DNA of 64,000 nucleotides from positions 32,001-96,000 of the IMG/VR virus record IMGVR_UViG_3300006851_000007; one strand, 5' to 3'. Below are positions 29,647 to 40,060 of the stretch, one piece after another. Both the position numbers and the translations under genes were made by a program. The notes beneath the pieces are model-generated. The model saw only the letters and a program-made list of their open reading frames with translations, searched no databases and was not told the origin of the DNA. Position 1 is the first letter of the stretch, and every line of letters starts with the position of its first letter. The DNA is from a virus. Lineage: Duplodnaviria; Caudoviricetes.

Positions 29647-31624
29647 TTCTTTCCTGGAGTTCTATTTTTAATGCTTGTAGACTTCTTCTGACCTCCCCCA
29701 GCCCTGACAACGCCTTCTCTGCACCCTTTTCGTGTACTGAGGGCTCTCCCTGTCTGGATGCTAGCAATAGCTTGGCGATCTTGTCCTCCACATCGATAAA
29801 CAACCCCTCAGATTCAACAATCTCGGAAAGTGTGTCATCATTGATGAACTGCAAACTAAGTATGGCGTCGAGAGTTTTTTGATCTCCGGATGGATTCTTG
29901 GTCCCGGCCATCTCCTCTACCCCGTCAATAACTTTGTCGGCAGCTGTCTTGAGCCTTCCTAAATGAAAGTTGCTGACCCTAACCTTCCTTTTTGTAGATG
30001 CTGTCTTAATCGACACAGGTCTGACAAGCCCCCACATCTCCATCTCCGAACCGTTGTCCAGCTTGCAAGCCTTCTCGATATCATCGTCATTAACCCTATA
30101 ATGAGCAAGTTTTAGGCGCATATCTTCTTCGCTCATCATTTGATAGTCTACCGGACCATTAAGTGTCTCCCCGTGAAGAAAAAACATATTAGCATTCTTC
30201 CTCAGTACTGCTTTATGGCGCTCGTTTGAAGCAATCTTTGTAAAAGTGTGGGGTTTAGCTTTATCTACAAGGATTATCGGGGATGAGGTTTCAATAAAGC
30301 TCATATGGGATGGAATATAGTAAGACTCCTTCGGCATTATCGCCGAGTCGTACCGATTCACATTTATTCTCTGAGGTCTAGATATACCATCGACTATCAT
30401 TACCCCAATAGGACCTCCGGTGTCTGTTCTTACACCAATGATAAGGTCTGGCTCCCCGGGTATGCCAATAATCTGCTTGATTATAACGTCAGGAGTGCAT
30501 GAGGGGGAATAGCTTTCGTCGACAAAGCACCCCTTGACTCCAATATTTACACAACCTATGGGGAAATTGTCATGATTCAGACTTACCCTTACCCCAGAAA
30601 AAGCAATACCTTCTGCTGACTCTCCAGAGTCGAGAACGGCCTTTTGCCTCTTGATGCGAGATCCATCAAAATCAATCATCTGAGAAAAGACGTACCCGTG
30701 GCAGACGTCGCCATTTGGAGTCATAAGCCTGTATCTGCCGCTATGCTGCACAGGAGAAGGGATATTATTAACCAGGGGTTGCTCTACAGACCTAAGGGTT
30801 GGAAAATCACGTATAATACACCACCCCCTCTGCATTACTTTTCGCATACACTTTTTGAAATCTGGACCCAGGCCGCCCTGAAGATCCGAGATCGAAACAA
30901 CCCTGGTATCCCCATTACCAAATGCGACTGCAAAACTGCCGTCAGACCTCCGCATTATATGGGCCAGATTACTGTCTTTCTCCCTCTCGACCATCCCGGT
31001 GCTGAGGTGTTGTAGCGAGTCATTTAGCCCGACAACTTCAGCGATGGAGTTTATTCCTGGGTATGATACAAGCAGTGATCTGAGTGCGCTAATATCGTTA
31101 TCGCTTCTGATAACTCTGGACAGAAGGCCAGATCCGGCAGTGTTGATCATTCCCCCTCCAGTTCCTGCGGTGGGGTATCCGGAATATTCAAGAGGTGTAA
31201 CGTCCCCAGTCCTGTCTCCTATATATCTATTCTGTGGAGGCAGGCTGCCATAGTCATTCTTCGAGTGGGGTTTAATATTTGAGTCTGAATCAAGAGACCT
31301 CTTAATCGAGTACTCATTAAGGTGCATAAACCTTTCGCCGTCGAATAATATATCAAGCTTGTCTAACTCTAGGTGTTTTGTTTTTGGGTTCTCTCTGATT
31401 GAGAAAGGAATAGCCACCTTATTTTCGACAATTATTTTACCTACAGTCTCGTCAGACTCTGGCTCGACCTTGCTAAATGTTATTTTGGTGCTCGCTGTGT
31501 CAATGTATGGATGCTCTGTAACTAAAGTTTTTAGAACCTCAGAGGCCCACATCTTGGGGTCTTTGGGCAGCCTGATACCAGCGGATTTGATCATATCTTT
31601 GTATTTCTTTCTGTATAGCTTCAT
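29639..31624 (-). CDS. large hypothetical protein, K-x-A rich (probably virion or head)
   Basis: IKSA, NKVA, TKIA, RKNA, LKLA, IKTA, LKTA, DKIA. Confidence 0.65.
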   Translation of the reverse strand: MKLYRKKYKDMIKSAGIRLPKDPKMWASEVLKTLVTEHPYIDTASTKITFSKVEPESDETVGKIIVENKVAIPFSIRENPKTKHLELDKLDILFDGERFMHLNEYSIKRSLDSDSNIKPHSKNDYGSLPPQNRYIGDRTGDVTPLEYSGYPTAGTGGGMINTAGSGLLSRVIRSDNDISALRSLLVSYPGINSIAEVVGLNDSLQHLSTGMVEREKDSNLAHIMRRSDGSFAVAFGNGDTRVVSISDLQGGLGPDFKKCMRKVMQRGWCIIRDFPTLRSVEQPLVNNIPSPVQHSGRYRLMTPNGDVCHGYVFSQMIDFDGSRIKRQKAVLDSGESAEGIAFSGVRVSLNHDNFPIGCVNIGVKGCFVDESYSPSCTPDVIIKQIIGIPGEPDLIIGVRTDTGGPIGVMIVDGISRPQRINVNRYDSAIMPKESYYIPSHMSFIETSSPIILVDKAKPHTFTKIASNERHKAVLRKNANMFFLHGETLNGPVDYQMMSEEDMRLKLAHYRVNDDDIEKACKLDNGSEMEMWGLVRPVSIKTASTKRKVRVSNFHLGRLKTAADKVIDGVEEMAGTKNPSGDQKTLDAILSLQFINDDTLSEIVESEGLFIDVEDKIAKLLLASRQGEPSVHEKGAEKALSGLGEVRRSLQALKIELQERNV

Positions 31625-31686
31625 TCACTTCTCCATATGGTGTCAAGAATATTCTAATATAAGTGAAAATATAACCCAATTATCGC

Positions 31687-32718
31687 TTATATGCCCTTGA
31701 ATGCTGATAATTGAGGATCAATTATGGTTTTAACTGGAGCATTTAGTAGTGGGTATGTGCCCAACGGTGTAACCGTAGTGCATAACGCAAGGCTGTCTAC
31801 GACAGCCCCTACGATGTCGGCTATATCCACCCCGCGGCCTTTGATCGACACACCCCCAAAAGTGGACTCTATCTCCACCTTACCTTCGGCCTTCATTTCT
31901 ATCTTACCAGAGCTAGATATAGACAGATTGCTACCGTCCACATCTACATCTCCACCGCTTACACTCAATTCGTCGAACTCGAGAGAGGATGATCCAGTAT
32001 TCACGTCGAGGCTAGCGTCCCTCATATCGATATTTACAGAACCATCCTCTTTTATATGGACAACATTTTTAACCTTCCCGTCTTTAAGCACTTTTATTTC
32101 AATAAAGTTTTCCCCGTCTGTAATATTCACACTGAGAGAGTTGCCCTTCGTACCGCCTTTTGGTGGCGTTCTGTTGACGGCTTCCTCGAAAGCATCATAA
32201 TCAACCCTAGACCTCCAATGGTATGTAGAGCTGCATACACCATCATCGAAACTCAACTCTTGATGGTGAGGTATTGTTACCTGCTCGTACCTTTCAGACA
32301 GATCTGTCTTAACTGATCGCTCGGCATCCATATGGGTTACAGCCCCTCCCCCAGAATCAATAATAACGCCCGAAGGTAAGGCTACCACCTTGCCCTGATT
32401 CCCAAACTCGTCCGAAGACTCTAGGATCTTAGCCCCTTCCAGTTCAGCCAGGTCTGATTTGGCATTTTTAATGCTCATTTCTCCCTGGTCATTCACCTTC
32501 GGGTTGCGCATCTTTCCGAGTACAACCTTTTGGGCTCCATCTGATATTAAAATACACTGATCGCCCTCTTGGTATGAGTCTTCGGCTCCGAGAAACATTA
32601 TATTGACATACTCGAACCTTCTGCCCCTACTGCTGGTTACATCTAACATTCCCGACCCGTAGACTTTATCAACGGTGCAAATATGCATCTGCATGCCTGC
32701 TGAGGTTTGATTGTTCAT
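31687..32718 (-). CDS. probable baseplate spike (gpV/gp5-like)
   Basis: N-terminal OB-like segment (CTVDKV..EGDQCILI), C-terminal short beta-repeat region (VSGGDVDVDGSNLSISSSGKIEMKAEGKVEI). Confidence 0.55.
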   Translation of the reverse strand: MNNQTSAGMQMHICTVDKVYGSGMLDVTSSRGRRFEYVNIMFLGAEDSYQEGDQCILISDGAQKVVLGKMRNPKVNDQGEMSIKNAKSDLAELEGAKILESSDEFGNQGKVVALPSGVIIDSGGGAVTHMDAERSVKTDLSERYEQVTIPHHQELSFDDGVCSSTYHWRSRVDYDAFEEAVNRTPPKGGTKGNSLSVNITDGENFIEIKVLKDGKVKNVVHIKEDGSVNIDMRDASLDVNTGSSSLEFDELSVSGGDVDVDGSNLSISSSGKIEMKAEGKVEIESTFGGVSIKGRGVDIADIVGAVVDSLALCTTVTPLGTYPLLNAPVKTIIDPQLSAFKGI

Positions 32719-32771
32719 GAGTTTTTGGAACCTCTTATAAAGTGTGGTAAATTTATTTAATTGGAGGACTT

Positions 32772-33572
32772 ATGAATAAATTATCCAGCCTGGCCGATGT
32801 GGTTGCAAGCGATTTTATCAGAAATTCCGCTAATCCCACAGAATCTTTAACTAAGATAGCTCAAGAAAATAATCTAAACGCTCAAGAAATAGAACGAATT
32901 GCAAATAGAGCTAACCGAAAGATAGCAGTCGAGCTAACCAAGCGGGCTGCCAGGGGTGACTCTGATCCCCACTTCACATTTCCTGTCATCAAGACTGCGG
33001 ATGTAATCTTTGCCCTAAAACCCAAAGAAAAGGCATTATCACCAAAACCCCCGTCAGTGGCGACAAGTGATGGCATTTCCAGGGTTTTTGAGTTTGAGCC
33101 ATCCTACAATAGAGACCTCAGGTGCACCATTAACGATGACCCTGTATTGTTGGCTGATAACGTCAGATCTATAGACCCCCCGTCTAAAGAGATAGCGATA
33201 CAGGCCTTAAATATTCTAAAGAGCAGGGCCAGGATAGCTCAGGCAAAATTAAGACAGTCTGAAATAAGAATAGAAAATCTTATAAGCAACATCGAAAAAA
33301 GAGCATCGCACGAATTATTGTCGGGCACCCCAATTGAAGTTATGATGTCTCTTCCAGAAACATGCCACGAACATATTGAAAAGGTGGCGAACAAGCTGAG
33401 GGAGTGGGGACATCAAATAAATAGGTCTGACGATGAGTACGAGATCAATGGGGCACACCCTTTGGTTAAGATGGCTCAAGATATAGCTTTTTATGAGATG
33501 GATGCACACGAAGCTCGGATGTCGCTTGCTGAAATTGAAGGTGATATCCGCCACCTTAGGAGGAAAATGTGA
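32772..33572 (+). CDS. head-associated helical protein, K-x-A rich
   Basis: TKIA, RKIA, TKRA, IKTA, EKRA, EKVA, VKMA; GGAGG RBS. Confidence 0.65.
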   Translation: MNKLSSLADVVASDFIRNSANPTESLTKIAQENNLNAQEIERIANRANRKIAVELTKRAARGDSDPHFTFPVIKTADVIFALKPKEKALSPKPPSVATSDGISRVFEFEPSYNRDLRCTINDDPVLLADNVRSIDPPSKEIAIQALNILKSRARIAQAKLRQSEIRIENLISNIEKRASHELLSGTPIEVMMSLPETCHEHIEKVANKLREWGHQINRSDDEYEINGAHPLVKMAQDIAFYEMDAHEARMSLAEIEGDIRHLRRKM

Positions 33573-34414
33573 GCATCATAGGTATGGCCTCAAAGGACGT
33601 TAGGGCTGAAAAGAAAAAAGCGGCAAAAAAAATAAAAAATGTTGAAGGTAACCAACAGCCCCCAGTTCGCAGCGAGAGTCTGGAGGAGGAGAAGCTGGCA
33701 TTTTTGGCAGCTAGCGTGCTCAAGACCGGGCTGACTGCCGCCTCCAAGGGTACCCAGGCTTTAGCTGTAGGATCCAGCATAGCTGGGGCGAAGGGGGCCG
33801 CCTCAGACATAAGAGCTGGCAGAGCGCCTGCGCAAGCAAGGAACTCTATGGGAAGATATGGCAGGCCCGTCTCACCTCCGAGACCACCAAACCCGCCAAA
33901 CCCGCCAAACCCACCAATGCCTCCAAAAGTGGCATCATTAGTTAAAACAACTTACAAAAACATGCTGGAGATGGAAAAAATGGCAAATAAGAACGCAAAC
34001 CTGGCCTCAACCCTGGGGACGGGTCTGGCAACAGGGCTAGGACTAGCCGCTGCTACAACAGGAGTGACTGCGGCGGCTCTTGGGGCCAAAAAGCTCCACT
34101 CTACCATTAAAACTGAGGCTGCATGGGACGCCTTGAAGAAAAGAAGGCCAGACCTAACACGATCCAGGAGAGATAGAGAGAATTTCGAGGTTTTGCAACA
34201 ATTTTCCCCCGGGATTGCTTCAAACGTGACCACACTAGAGAGCTATATGGAGCGTATGAAGCACCAGGTGATGACGCCTCATGAATTTGTCGGCGATCTT
34301 GCGAGAATACAAAACGATTTAACATCTAGAGACCCGTCGGGTGATCTTGCCTTCTCCGCAGGAAGGTCTGTGGGCGGCGGGATAGAGGCCGCATTGAAAA
34401 GGAATAGAGGGTAA
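33569..34414 (+). CDS. K-x-A-rich protein with Pro-rich linker and Gly/Ala-rich hydrophobic segment
   Basis: EKLA, PKVA, EKMA, NKNA; LGTGLATGLGLAAATTGVTAAALG. Confidence 0.65.
   Translation: MSIIGMASKDVRAEKKKAAKKIKNVEGNQQPPVRSESLEEEKLAFLAASVLKTGLTAASKGTQALAVGSSIAGAKGAASDIRAGRAPAQARNSMGRYGRPVSPPRPPNPPNPPNPPMPPKVASLVKTTYKNMLEMEKMANKNANLASTLGTGLATGLGLAAATTGVTAAALGAKKLHSTIKTEAAWDALKKRRPDLTRSRRDRENFEVLQQFSPGIASNVTTLESYMERMKHQVMTPHEFVGDLARIQNDLTSRDPSGDLAFSAGRSVGGGIEAALKRNRG
33884..33916 (+). repeat. 9-bp tandem repeat encoding (PPN)n
   Basis: CCACCAAAC CCGCCAAAC CCGCCAAAC CCACCA. Confidence 0.85.
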
Positions 34415-34416
34415 GC

Positions 34417-35547
34417 ATGTTTTACAAAGAACTGCCAGCAGGTGGTAACTTAAGTGGGGTTGGCGGGGTGGAGGTTATCGACTTCCATGAGTCCGGACTA
34501 AATAAACTCGCCAGCGTAGGCACCTACATTCCTCCACACCTTATAAGGGTTATAAGGGAAATTAAGCAATCTCCAGACCCCAGATTTGCATATCTTTATG
34601 ATAGGGCTTTGGGGGCTGGGGAGGTCTATGGGCCAAATAATAACGGAGACTGGTTTGGCAGAGATGAGCTTATCCGCAAGCATCAAACCTTCGTTACCGA
34701 CGCTCATCTTTTTAGGCATCACAAAAATAGGGATCCGAGGAACAAAATTGGTGATGTCCTCGCATCTGCGTACAACGACAGGATTGACACAGTCGATCTA
34801 ATCATTAGGGCTCCTATTGACAATATCAGGGAGGATCTAAAGAGGCTTGAAGCTGGCAATGTTCTTGCCACCTCCATGGGAGCCAGGGTTAAGCATGACC
34901 AGTGCTCCATATGCGGAAATAAGGCCAGCAGAAGAATTGCATATTGCAATCACCTCCGGTCAGAAATGTTAAAAATATATCCTGACGGTAGGCAAGTCTT
35001 TGCGATCAACCCTGACCCCAGATTCGTAGACATCTCTATTGTGGTGATTCCTGCTGACCCGTCGTCGGCAGTGTTGAGAAAGATTGCAAGTCATGATTCT
35101 GGGTATGCTAAATCAGCAAATATGCACAAGAGAGATGAAGGCTTTATCGAGCATGACTCCAGGTTAGTGGAGGGTGAGGGTAGAAATGTAATAAGACCGG
35201 AGTTGATAAAAGCAACGATGGGGTTTGACAGGCCAGATGTGGTGAAAACTCTAGACCATGCTTATGGACCTCTCAGGCCAGATGAATTCCAGGCGATCAT
35301 GAAAAAGGATGCGTCCATTATCAATCCGGATATCATACCTTATGTCCAGTTTGAAGGTGTCGACCCTACAGATATTGGTGGAGAGGTTATATCCGATCTT
35401 GTACCCCACATACAAAAGATTGCAAATCTGCAGGTACCAGTGCAAGCAAAGCCTGTTAATTTTGGAGAAATGAGCCATCATGATAAGATTGCTTATCTAA
35501 ACTATAGAATGTCGTGCGGTCCATTCTCCAAGATGTTTATAAGGTGA
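34417..35547 (+). CDS. prohead maturation protease (HK97/assemblin-like fold) with Zn-finger insertion
   Basis: FRHH..KIGDV, catalytic-like TSMG, CSICG..YCNH, FVDISIVVIPADP; lies upstream of scaffold and MCP. Confidence 0.75.
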   Translation: MFYKELPAGGNLSGVGGVEVIDFHESGLNKLASVGTYIPPHLIRVIREIKQSPDPRFAYLYDRALGAGEVYGPNNNGDWFGRDELIRKHQTFVTDAHLFRHHKNRDPRNKIGDVLASAYNDRIDTVDLIIRAPIDNIREDLKRLEAGNVLATSMGARVKHDQCSICGNKASRRIAYCNHLRSEMLKIYPDGRQVFAINPDPRFVDISIVVIPADPSSAVLRKIASHDSGYAKSANMHKRDEGFIEHDSRLVEGEGRNVIRPELIKATMGFDRPDVVKTLDHAYGPLRPDEFQAIMKKDASIINPDIIPYVQFEGVDPTDIGGEVISDLVPHIQKIANLQVPVQAKPVNFGEMSHHDKIAYLNYRMSCGPFSKMFIR

Positions 35548-35649
35548 GGATATACGACTTAAAATTTTGCAGACCTTTTTTATTGGTATAAAATGAATTC
35601 ATGACAACTAGTAGTCCTGAATTCAGGTTAACAAAACAAACAACCACAT

Positions 35650-36735
35650 GTGATTGAGGAAATTATGAGTTATTTCAATGAAGGGCAGTCCGATGCTTTT
35701 GATCAGCTTGTCGATCTTGCTAATGCTGGATACGGAGTTTCTGAAAGCTTAAGTATTATCAATAACACTCTCGGCGAAGGGATTGGTAAGCACGCTTCAC
35801 AGTCTGATATTAGCTATGCTCTTGGTGTGGAGGATGTCTGTTATGAGTTTCTGAAGACAGCCTCCGATATTGCCGGGGCTTACGATATTGATGATGATCA
35901 TGAATATATGGTGAGCGTTCTTGATAGCATGTATGAGAATGTCGACCATGGTGGTACTTATGCGTTCAGAATGGGCAAGACGGCAGCTCTTGAGGATCTA
36001 ATGGGGTTGGCTAACTACCATGGGGACGTTAGCGTGTGCATTGATGCCGCAATGAATACTGTATCCCAAGGTATTGGTAAATACGCCTCCGAAGAGGATG
36101 TAGATTACAGGCTGGGTGTGGAGTCGGCGTGTTATGAGTTCATGAAGACCGCTTCAGAGGTTTATGGGACGTATGATGTGTCCTATGCTGATGATTTAGA
36201 TATTTTGGGTGAAGTTTTCAACAAAATCGCCTATGTTTTAGAACCTGAATATTACGGCACCCCTGAATTTTTCGTAAAATCTGAGGACCGCGCTAAAGTG
36301 GAAGAGCTACCCAAGCCCAAGCGCAACATTAGGCCCTTGTCAGAAGAAGGTAGGAAGAAACAAAAAGCTAGAATCCAGAAGATAAAAGATAACCATGCTC
36401 TGGCAGAAGCGCAAGACACCATCAAAAGGCTGGGTGGGGAGGGTAAAAAAGACCCAGGCTTGTTAAGTAGGGCTGGGTCCAGAATCAAAGGTGTTGGCTC
36501 TGGGGCTAAGCGCCATCTGTGGGATAACAGAACTGGTCTGCAAAGGGCTGGTATTGGTGTGGGTGCCGCAACCCTGACCGCCGGAGGTGCTTATGGTGCG
36601 AAGAAACTTCGCGACAGGCGTAGGCGTAAACAGGAAGAGGAAGGTCAAGGCCACAGGAAGGCGGCCTCTCTCGGGTACCACAGCGATGTAGAGCAAGCTC
36701 TTGACGTTCTTTATGCTGAAGGTCTTCTCGACTGA
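35650..36735 (+). CDS. acidic scaffold/core-like protein with 97-aa internal repeat and C-terminal TM-like helix
   Basis: GIGKHAS..YEFLKTAS (35779) versus GIGKYAS..YEFMKTAS (36070); AGIGVGAATLTAGGAYGAKKLRDRRRR. Confidence 0.65.
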   Translation: MIEEIMSYFNEGQSDAFDQLVDLANAGYGVSESLSIINNTLGEGIGKHASQSDISYALGVEDVCYEFLKTASDIAGAYDIDDDHEYMVSVLDSMYENVDHGGTYAFRMGKTAALEDLMGLANYHGDVSVCIDAAMNTVSQGIGKYASEEDVDYRLGVESACYEFMKTASEVYGTYDVSYADDLDILGEVFNKIAYVLEPEYYGTPEFFVKSEDRAKVEELPKPKRNIRPLSEEGRKKQKARIQKIKDNHALAEAQDTIKRLGGEGKKDPGLLSRAGSRIKGVGSGAKRHLWDNRTGLQRAGIGVGAATLTAGGAYGAKKLRDRRRRKQEEEGQGHRKAASLGYHSDVEQALDVLYAEGLLD

Positions 36736-36920
36736 TGTTTGAGGAGATCGAAGACATCCTGTCCGAACTCATGCTTAGAGAGCGATACTCGGCGCAGGAT
36801 GTCTTTTTAGCATACATAGTTATGGAACCATTTATAAGAAGGTTTCGATTACAGGGAATGTCAAATAGAGATATACTCGAACTTTGCAGGAAAATAGACG
36901 AGGCAAATCAAGATGAATGA
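36735..36920 (+). CDS. small hypothetical protein
   Basis: 61-aa ORF coupled on both sides. Confidence 0.5.
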   Translation: MFEEIEDILSELMLRERYSAQDVFLAYIVMEPFIRRFRLQGMSNRDILELCRKIDEANQDE

Positions 36921-37272
36921 TTTGGAAAAGCTGGCTCATGGTTTCATGAGGATTAAAGAAAGATATGAAGAGCTTCTCAAGGAGGCCAACCGTCTTTCTG
37001 AAGAAAATGAGGAGTACCGACGGCGAGACAGAGCTGAAGAAATCCTCATGATGGCGCAAGACAAAAACTGTAGCCTTAAAACTGCAAGCGTGGAAGATTT
37101 TATCACCCAGAGACAAAAGCTGGAACAGCAGAGTTTTGACGAGCTTGAGAAGATTGCAAGCGCTATCGAGTATATTGATGAGGATGGTGCCATATTTGTC
37201 TCTGAAATGAAAGATGGTCACGCACGCACAGACTTTACCGGATGGTTAAACACAATTAGTGAGGAATTATAA
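36913..37272 (+). CDS. coiled-coil scaffold-like protein
   Basis: Glu/Arg-rich helix; EKLA, LKTA, EKIA; position before the capsid genes. Confidence 0.55.
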   Translation: MNDLEKLAHGFMRIKERYEELLKEANRLSEENEEYRRRDRAEEILMMAQDKNCSLKTASVEDFITQRQKLEQQSFDELEKIASAIEYIDEDGAIFVSEMKDGHARTDFTGWLNTISEEL

Positions 37273-37742
37273 TGACTGCAACTATTAGCAAAAATAAGAT
37301 CAGACCGATCCTTCCTCGTGATATATCCAATATCACACGAGAGGGTAGGACGGATGAACAGCTTGAAGCCGGAACGCTTGTTGTTAGAGAAGATAACAAG
37401 CTGGTTCCTGTGGACACCACAAACCCCCTTCATACATACGCCCCAGTGGAGGTTGTATGGACGGACGGAACGCTTAGACAGGATATCAAACGCATAGAGC
37501 TTGACGGCACTGAGGTTATTGAGGTCACAACTTTCGCATTTGACTTTATAGCCGAGGTTGACGTGAGTCTATTTACCAATACTCCTGATGAGGGCGACTT
37601 CGTTATGCGTAGTGCCACAGCAGGAAAAATGACCTGTGGAGACTTGGTTGCTCTGGATGGCGACTTCAACCTTGTCGTCGGGCAAGTCGTTTCTGCTGGC
37701 ACCTCTACCGGTAAGTGGGTTGTCAAGTTTAGGCTATCCTAA
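37272..37742 (+). CDS. probable head decoration/cement protein
   Basis: 156-aa beta-rich ORF directly before the MCP. Confidence 0.5.
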   Translation: MTATISKNKIRPILPRDISNITREGRTDEQLEAGTLVVREDNKLVPVDTTNPLHTYAPVEVVWTDGTLRQDIKRIELDGTEVIEVTTFAFDFIAEVDVSLFTNTPDEGDFVMRSATAGKMTCGDLVALDGDFNLVVGQVVSAGTSTGKWVVKFRLS

Positions 37743-37764
37743 CAATTACACAATGGAGTAAAAA

Positions 37765-38727
37765 ATGTTCGATTTTCATGCAACACAGTTAAACGAGGTC
37801 TTCCTTGAGGCTCTAGGTAGCGAGGAGATGAGAAAGGAGGCCGAACAAAAAGGGGCGGAGTTTCTTCGTATGCAGATTTACGAAGATTCGTTCATGGAGA
37901 GAATTATGCCCGCCCAAACTATCTCTCCACAGATGTGCGATAGGGATATCCATTCCCCCAACTTGCAGGTGGTGATTGACAAAGAATTCACGGACGTCAA
38001 AGCCACGACTGCAACTTTCAGAGGTAAGGCAGACTACGAGTACGTGGAAACCGAGCGCTATGCTGTTCAATTCCACAAGATCGAGTCTCCTGAGTATGGT
38101 CTCTATGAGGGCGAGCTCATGTCTATGAGAATGCCCGTCCAGAATCTTATCAGGCAGCATATCGCTTACCATATCCGAAAGAAGATGGATGAAGTCTTTA
38201 TTGGTATGGTCAACAAGGCTATCGCTGACTCTGGTAACGTTCTCACTCTTTCCAATGAGAAAAGAATCACACCCGAAGTCTTGGTGGCTCTGAGAAACAT
38301 CCTTGATGCCCAGGGTGGTGATAATGGGTCTTACCGTCAAGCAGCTACACTGCTTATGACTCGAGCCCAATTTAACAACATTTATACCTGGATTCAGACG
38401 AATAGCCAGTCCGGCGTTGCAACGATGCCTGGTATCACCAGTGGTCTTACCACCGACTTTTGGCGTGATGGCTACAAGTACGAAATGCTCAATGGTCTAA
38501 GAGTGGTCACCTCTGTCAAGTCCGACCTTGTAAAGCACAATGAAATCTATGTCTTTACTGAGCCCGAGCAGCTTGGACACCACTTTACATTCAATGACGA
38601 TAAATTCTCTATTGAGAAGCGTCATGACGAGATTAAGTGGAAGGGGTACAGATCTTTTGGTGCCGCGATCGGTAACAACCTGGCTTGCGGAAAGGTTGTT
38701 CTCGGCCAAGACTCGTATGTCGACTAA
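37765..38727 (+). CDS. major capsid protein (HK97 fold, probable)
   Basis: 320 aa, GGAG RBS, followed by a strong terminator; long helix QHIAYHIRKKMDEVFIGMV; gene order protease-scaffold-decoration-MCP. Confidence 0.75.
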   Translation: MFDFHATQLNEVFLEALGSEEMRKEAEQKGAEFLRMQIYEDSFMERIMPAQTISPQMCDRDIHSPNLQVVIDKEFTDVKATTATFRGKADYEYVETERYAVQFHKIESPEYGLYEGELMSMRMPVQNLIRQHIAYHIRKKMDEVFIGMVNKAIADSGNVLTLSNEKRITPEVLVALRNILDAQGGDNGSYRQAATLLMTRAQFNNIYTWIQTNSQSGVATMPGITSGLTTDFWRDGYKYEMLNGLRVVTSVKSDLVKHNEIYVFTEPEQLGHHFTFNDDKFSIEKRHDEIKWKGYRSFGAAIGNNLACGKVVLGQDSYVD

Positions 38728-38750
38728 GATTCACAGTAATTATTAACACA

Positions 38751-38792
38751 AAATAGCACCTCATGTTAATATCAAGAGGTGCTATTTTTTTT
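38751..38792 (+). terminator. intrinsic terminator after the MCP
   Basis: AAATAGCACCTC..GAGGTGCTATTT followed by a T-run. Confidence 0.85.
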
Positions 38793-38803
38793 AAGGAGGT
38801 AAT

Positions 38804-39271
38804 ATGTTTCCTTTTATAGATCCGGTTAAGATAAGGGTAAAAAACAACTCTAATAAGATTATCAAAGTTGGTTTCACCACTCTAGACCCAGGCGCTGAGG
38901 GGGACGTCGACTGCAGGAGTGCGTACGGACCCCCACTTCGCTCAGCTAGAGATTTAGGTGTAGAATACGTGGGCATTGTAATTGATGACAGGTTATACAA
39001 TCTGGTTCTTGCGGACAAATGTCCTAAAGGGTGTGGGTGTGATCCCGGGCTTTGCAACATGGAGGACACCCTAGATGTCAACACCACCTCTGAAGAGCCT
39101 TTGGCGGATGACGCCCCGGAGGTTGCTCTGGAGCAAGACGCCAGGGTGGACGACCTCATGGCCCACACTAAGGCCGAACTTGTGGCGATCGCAGAAGATT
39201 TGGGCCTGTCAACCACCGGAAACAAATCTGATTTAGTAGAGAGGATAGTGGCAAATGACGATACTACTTAA
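38804..39271 (+). CDS. protein with C-terminal SAP/Rho-N (HeH) domain
   Basis: TKAELVAIAEDLGLSTTGNKSDLVERI. Confidence 0.75.
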   Translation: MFPFIDPVKIRVKNNSNKIIKVGFTTLDPGAEGDVDCRSAYGPPLRSARDLGVEYVGIVIDDRLYNLVLADKCPKGCGCDPGLCNMEDTLDVNTTSEEPLADDAPEVALEQDARVDDLMAHTKAELVAIAEDLGLSTTGNKSDLVERIVANDDTT

Positions 39272-39620
39272 GGTTGCGACATCATTTGAAAAAGATGTTT
39301 CAAATCTGATTACCCATGGCACCACCAGGCCGAAAAAACCAGTCTCCAGACTGCGAGCTGGAGTCAGAAGCGGTCTGGTTGGGGCTATTGGTGGTGCTGC
39401 CCAAGGGTATATTTCTAGCCAGGCATTAAACATCGCTGCTGACTCTCTTGCGGGCAAGGGTCCGAAGATTAGTCTTGTTACCCCCCAGCATAAAATCTTT
39501 ACCGCTCTAGGCGGAGCAATTGGGGGAGCGAGAGGCTTTCATAGAGGGATGAGAGGGCTTGGTCCTGCCAGAGGGGCCAGAGTTAGGGTTCATGGACTCA
39601 ATTCTAGTTATGATCGATAA
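39255..39620 (+). CDS. leader-bearing glycine-zipper protein
   Basis: MTILLKVA; GVRSGLVGAIGGAAQG, ALGGAIGGARG. Confidence 0.7.
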   Translation: MTILLKVATSFEKDVSNLITHGTTRPKKPVSRLRAGVRSGLVGAIGGAAQGYISSQALNIAADSLAGKGPKISLVTPQHKIFTALGGAIGGARGFHRGMRGLGPARGARVRVHGLNSSYDR

Positions 39621-39647
39621 ATACCAATATAAGGAGAGTGCAACATC

Positions 39648-40055
39648 ATGGCTGTCTTACTGAAAATTGCGCGTAAAAAGAAGAAGGGTTCAGAAAAATT
39701 TAAGCCAGGCCTGCTTACGAGGATTGACGATGCAATAGTTGATATGGGTAGCAAGAAACGGCTAGCCCTCAGTACAGCTGCAGGAGCCACCGTAGGAACG
39801 ATGATCGGCTCGACTGTACCTACTCTTCTCGGGGATAACAGAGGTACAGCCGCCGCATTGGGCGGTGCCCTGGGTGCAGCCGTTGGGGGCTTGGAGGGGT
39901 ACATGACTCAAGCCTACAGCGAGCCATACTGGGACAAAATGAGGGAAGAGAGGGATGAAAGGGTGCGCAAGGGTGAGCCGTACAGCTATAATACTTTTAG
40001 CAAGCACAGCATAAACCCTGTGAGACACTACTTGCCATTCCGGTGGAGGAGTTAA
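39648..40055 (+). CDS. leader-bearing glycine-zipper protein
   Basis: MAVLLKIA; AAGATVGTMIG, ALGGALGAAVGGLEG. Confidence 0.7.
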   Translation: MAVLLKIARKKKKGSEKFKPGLLTRIDDAIVDMGSKKRLALSTAAGATVGTMIGSTVPTLLGDNRGTAAALGGALGAAVGGLEGYMTQAYSEPYWDKMREERDERVRKGEPYSYNTFSKHSINPVRHYLPFRWRS

Positions 40056-40060
40056 GTAAA

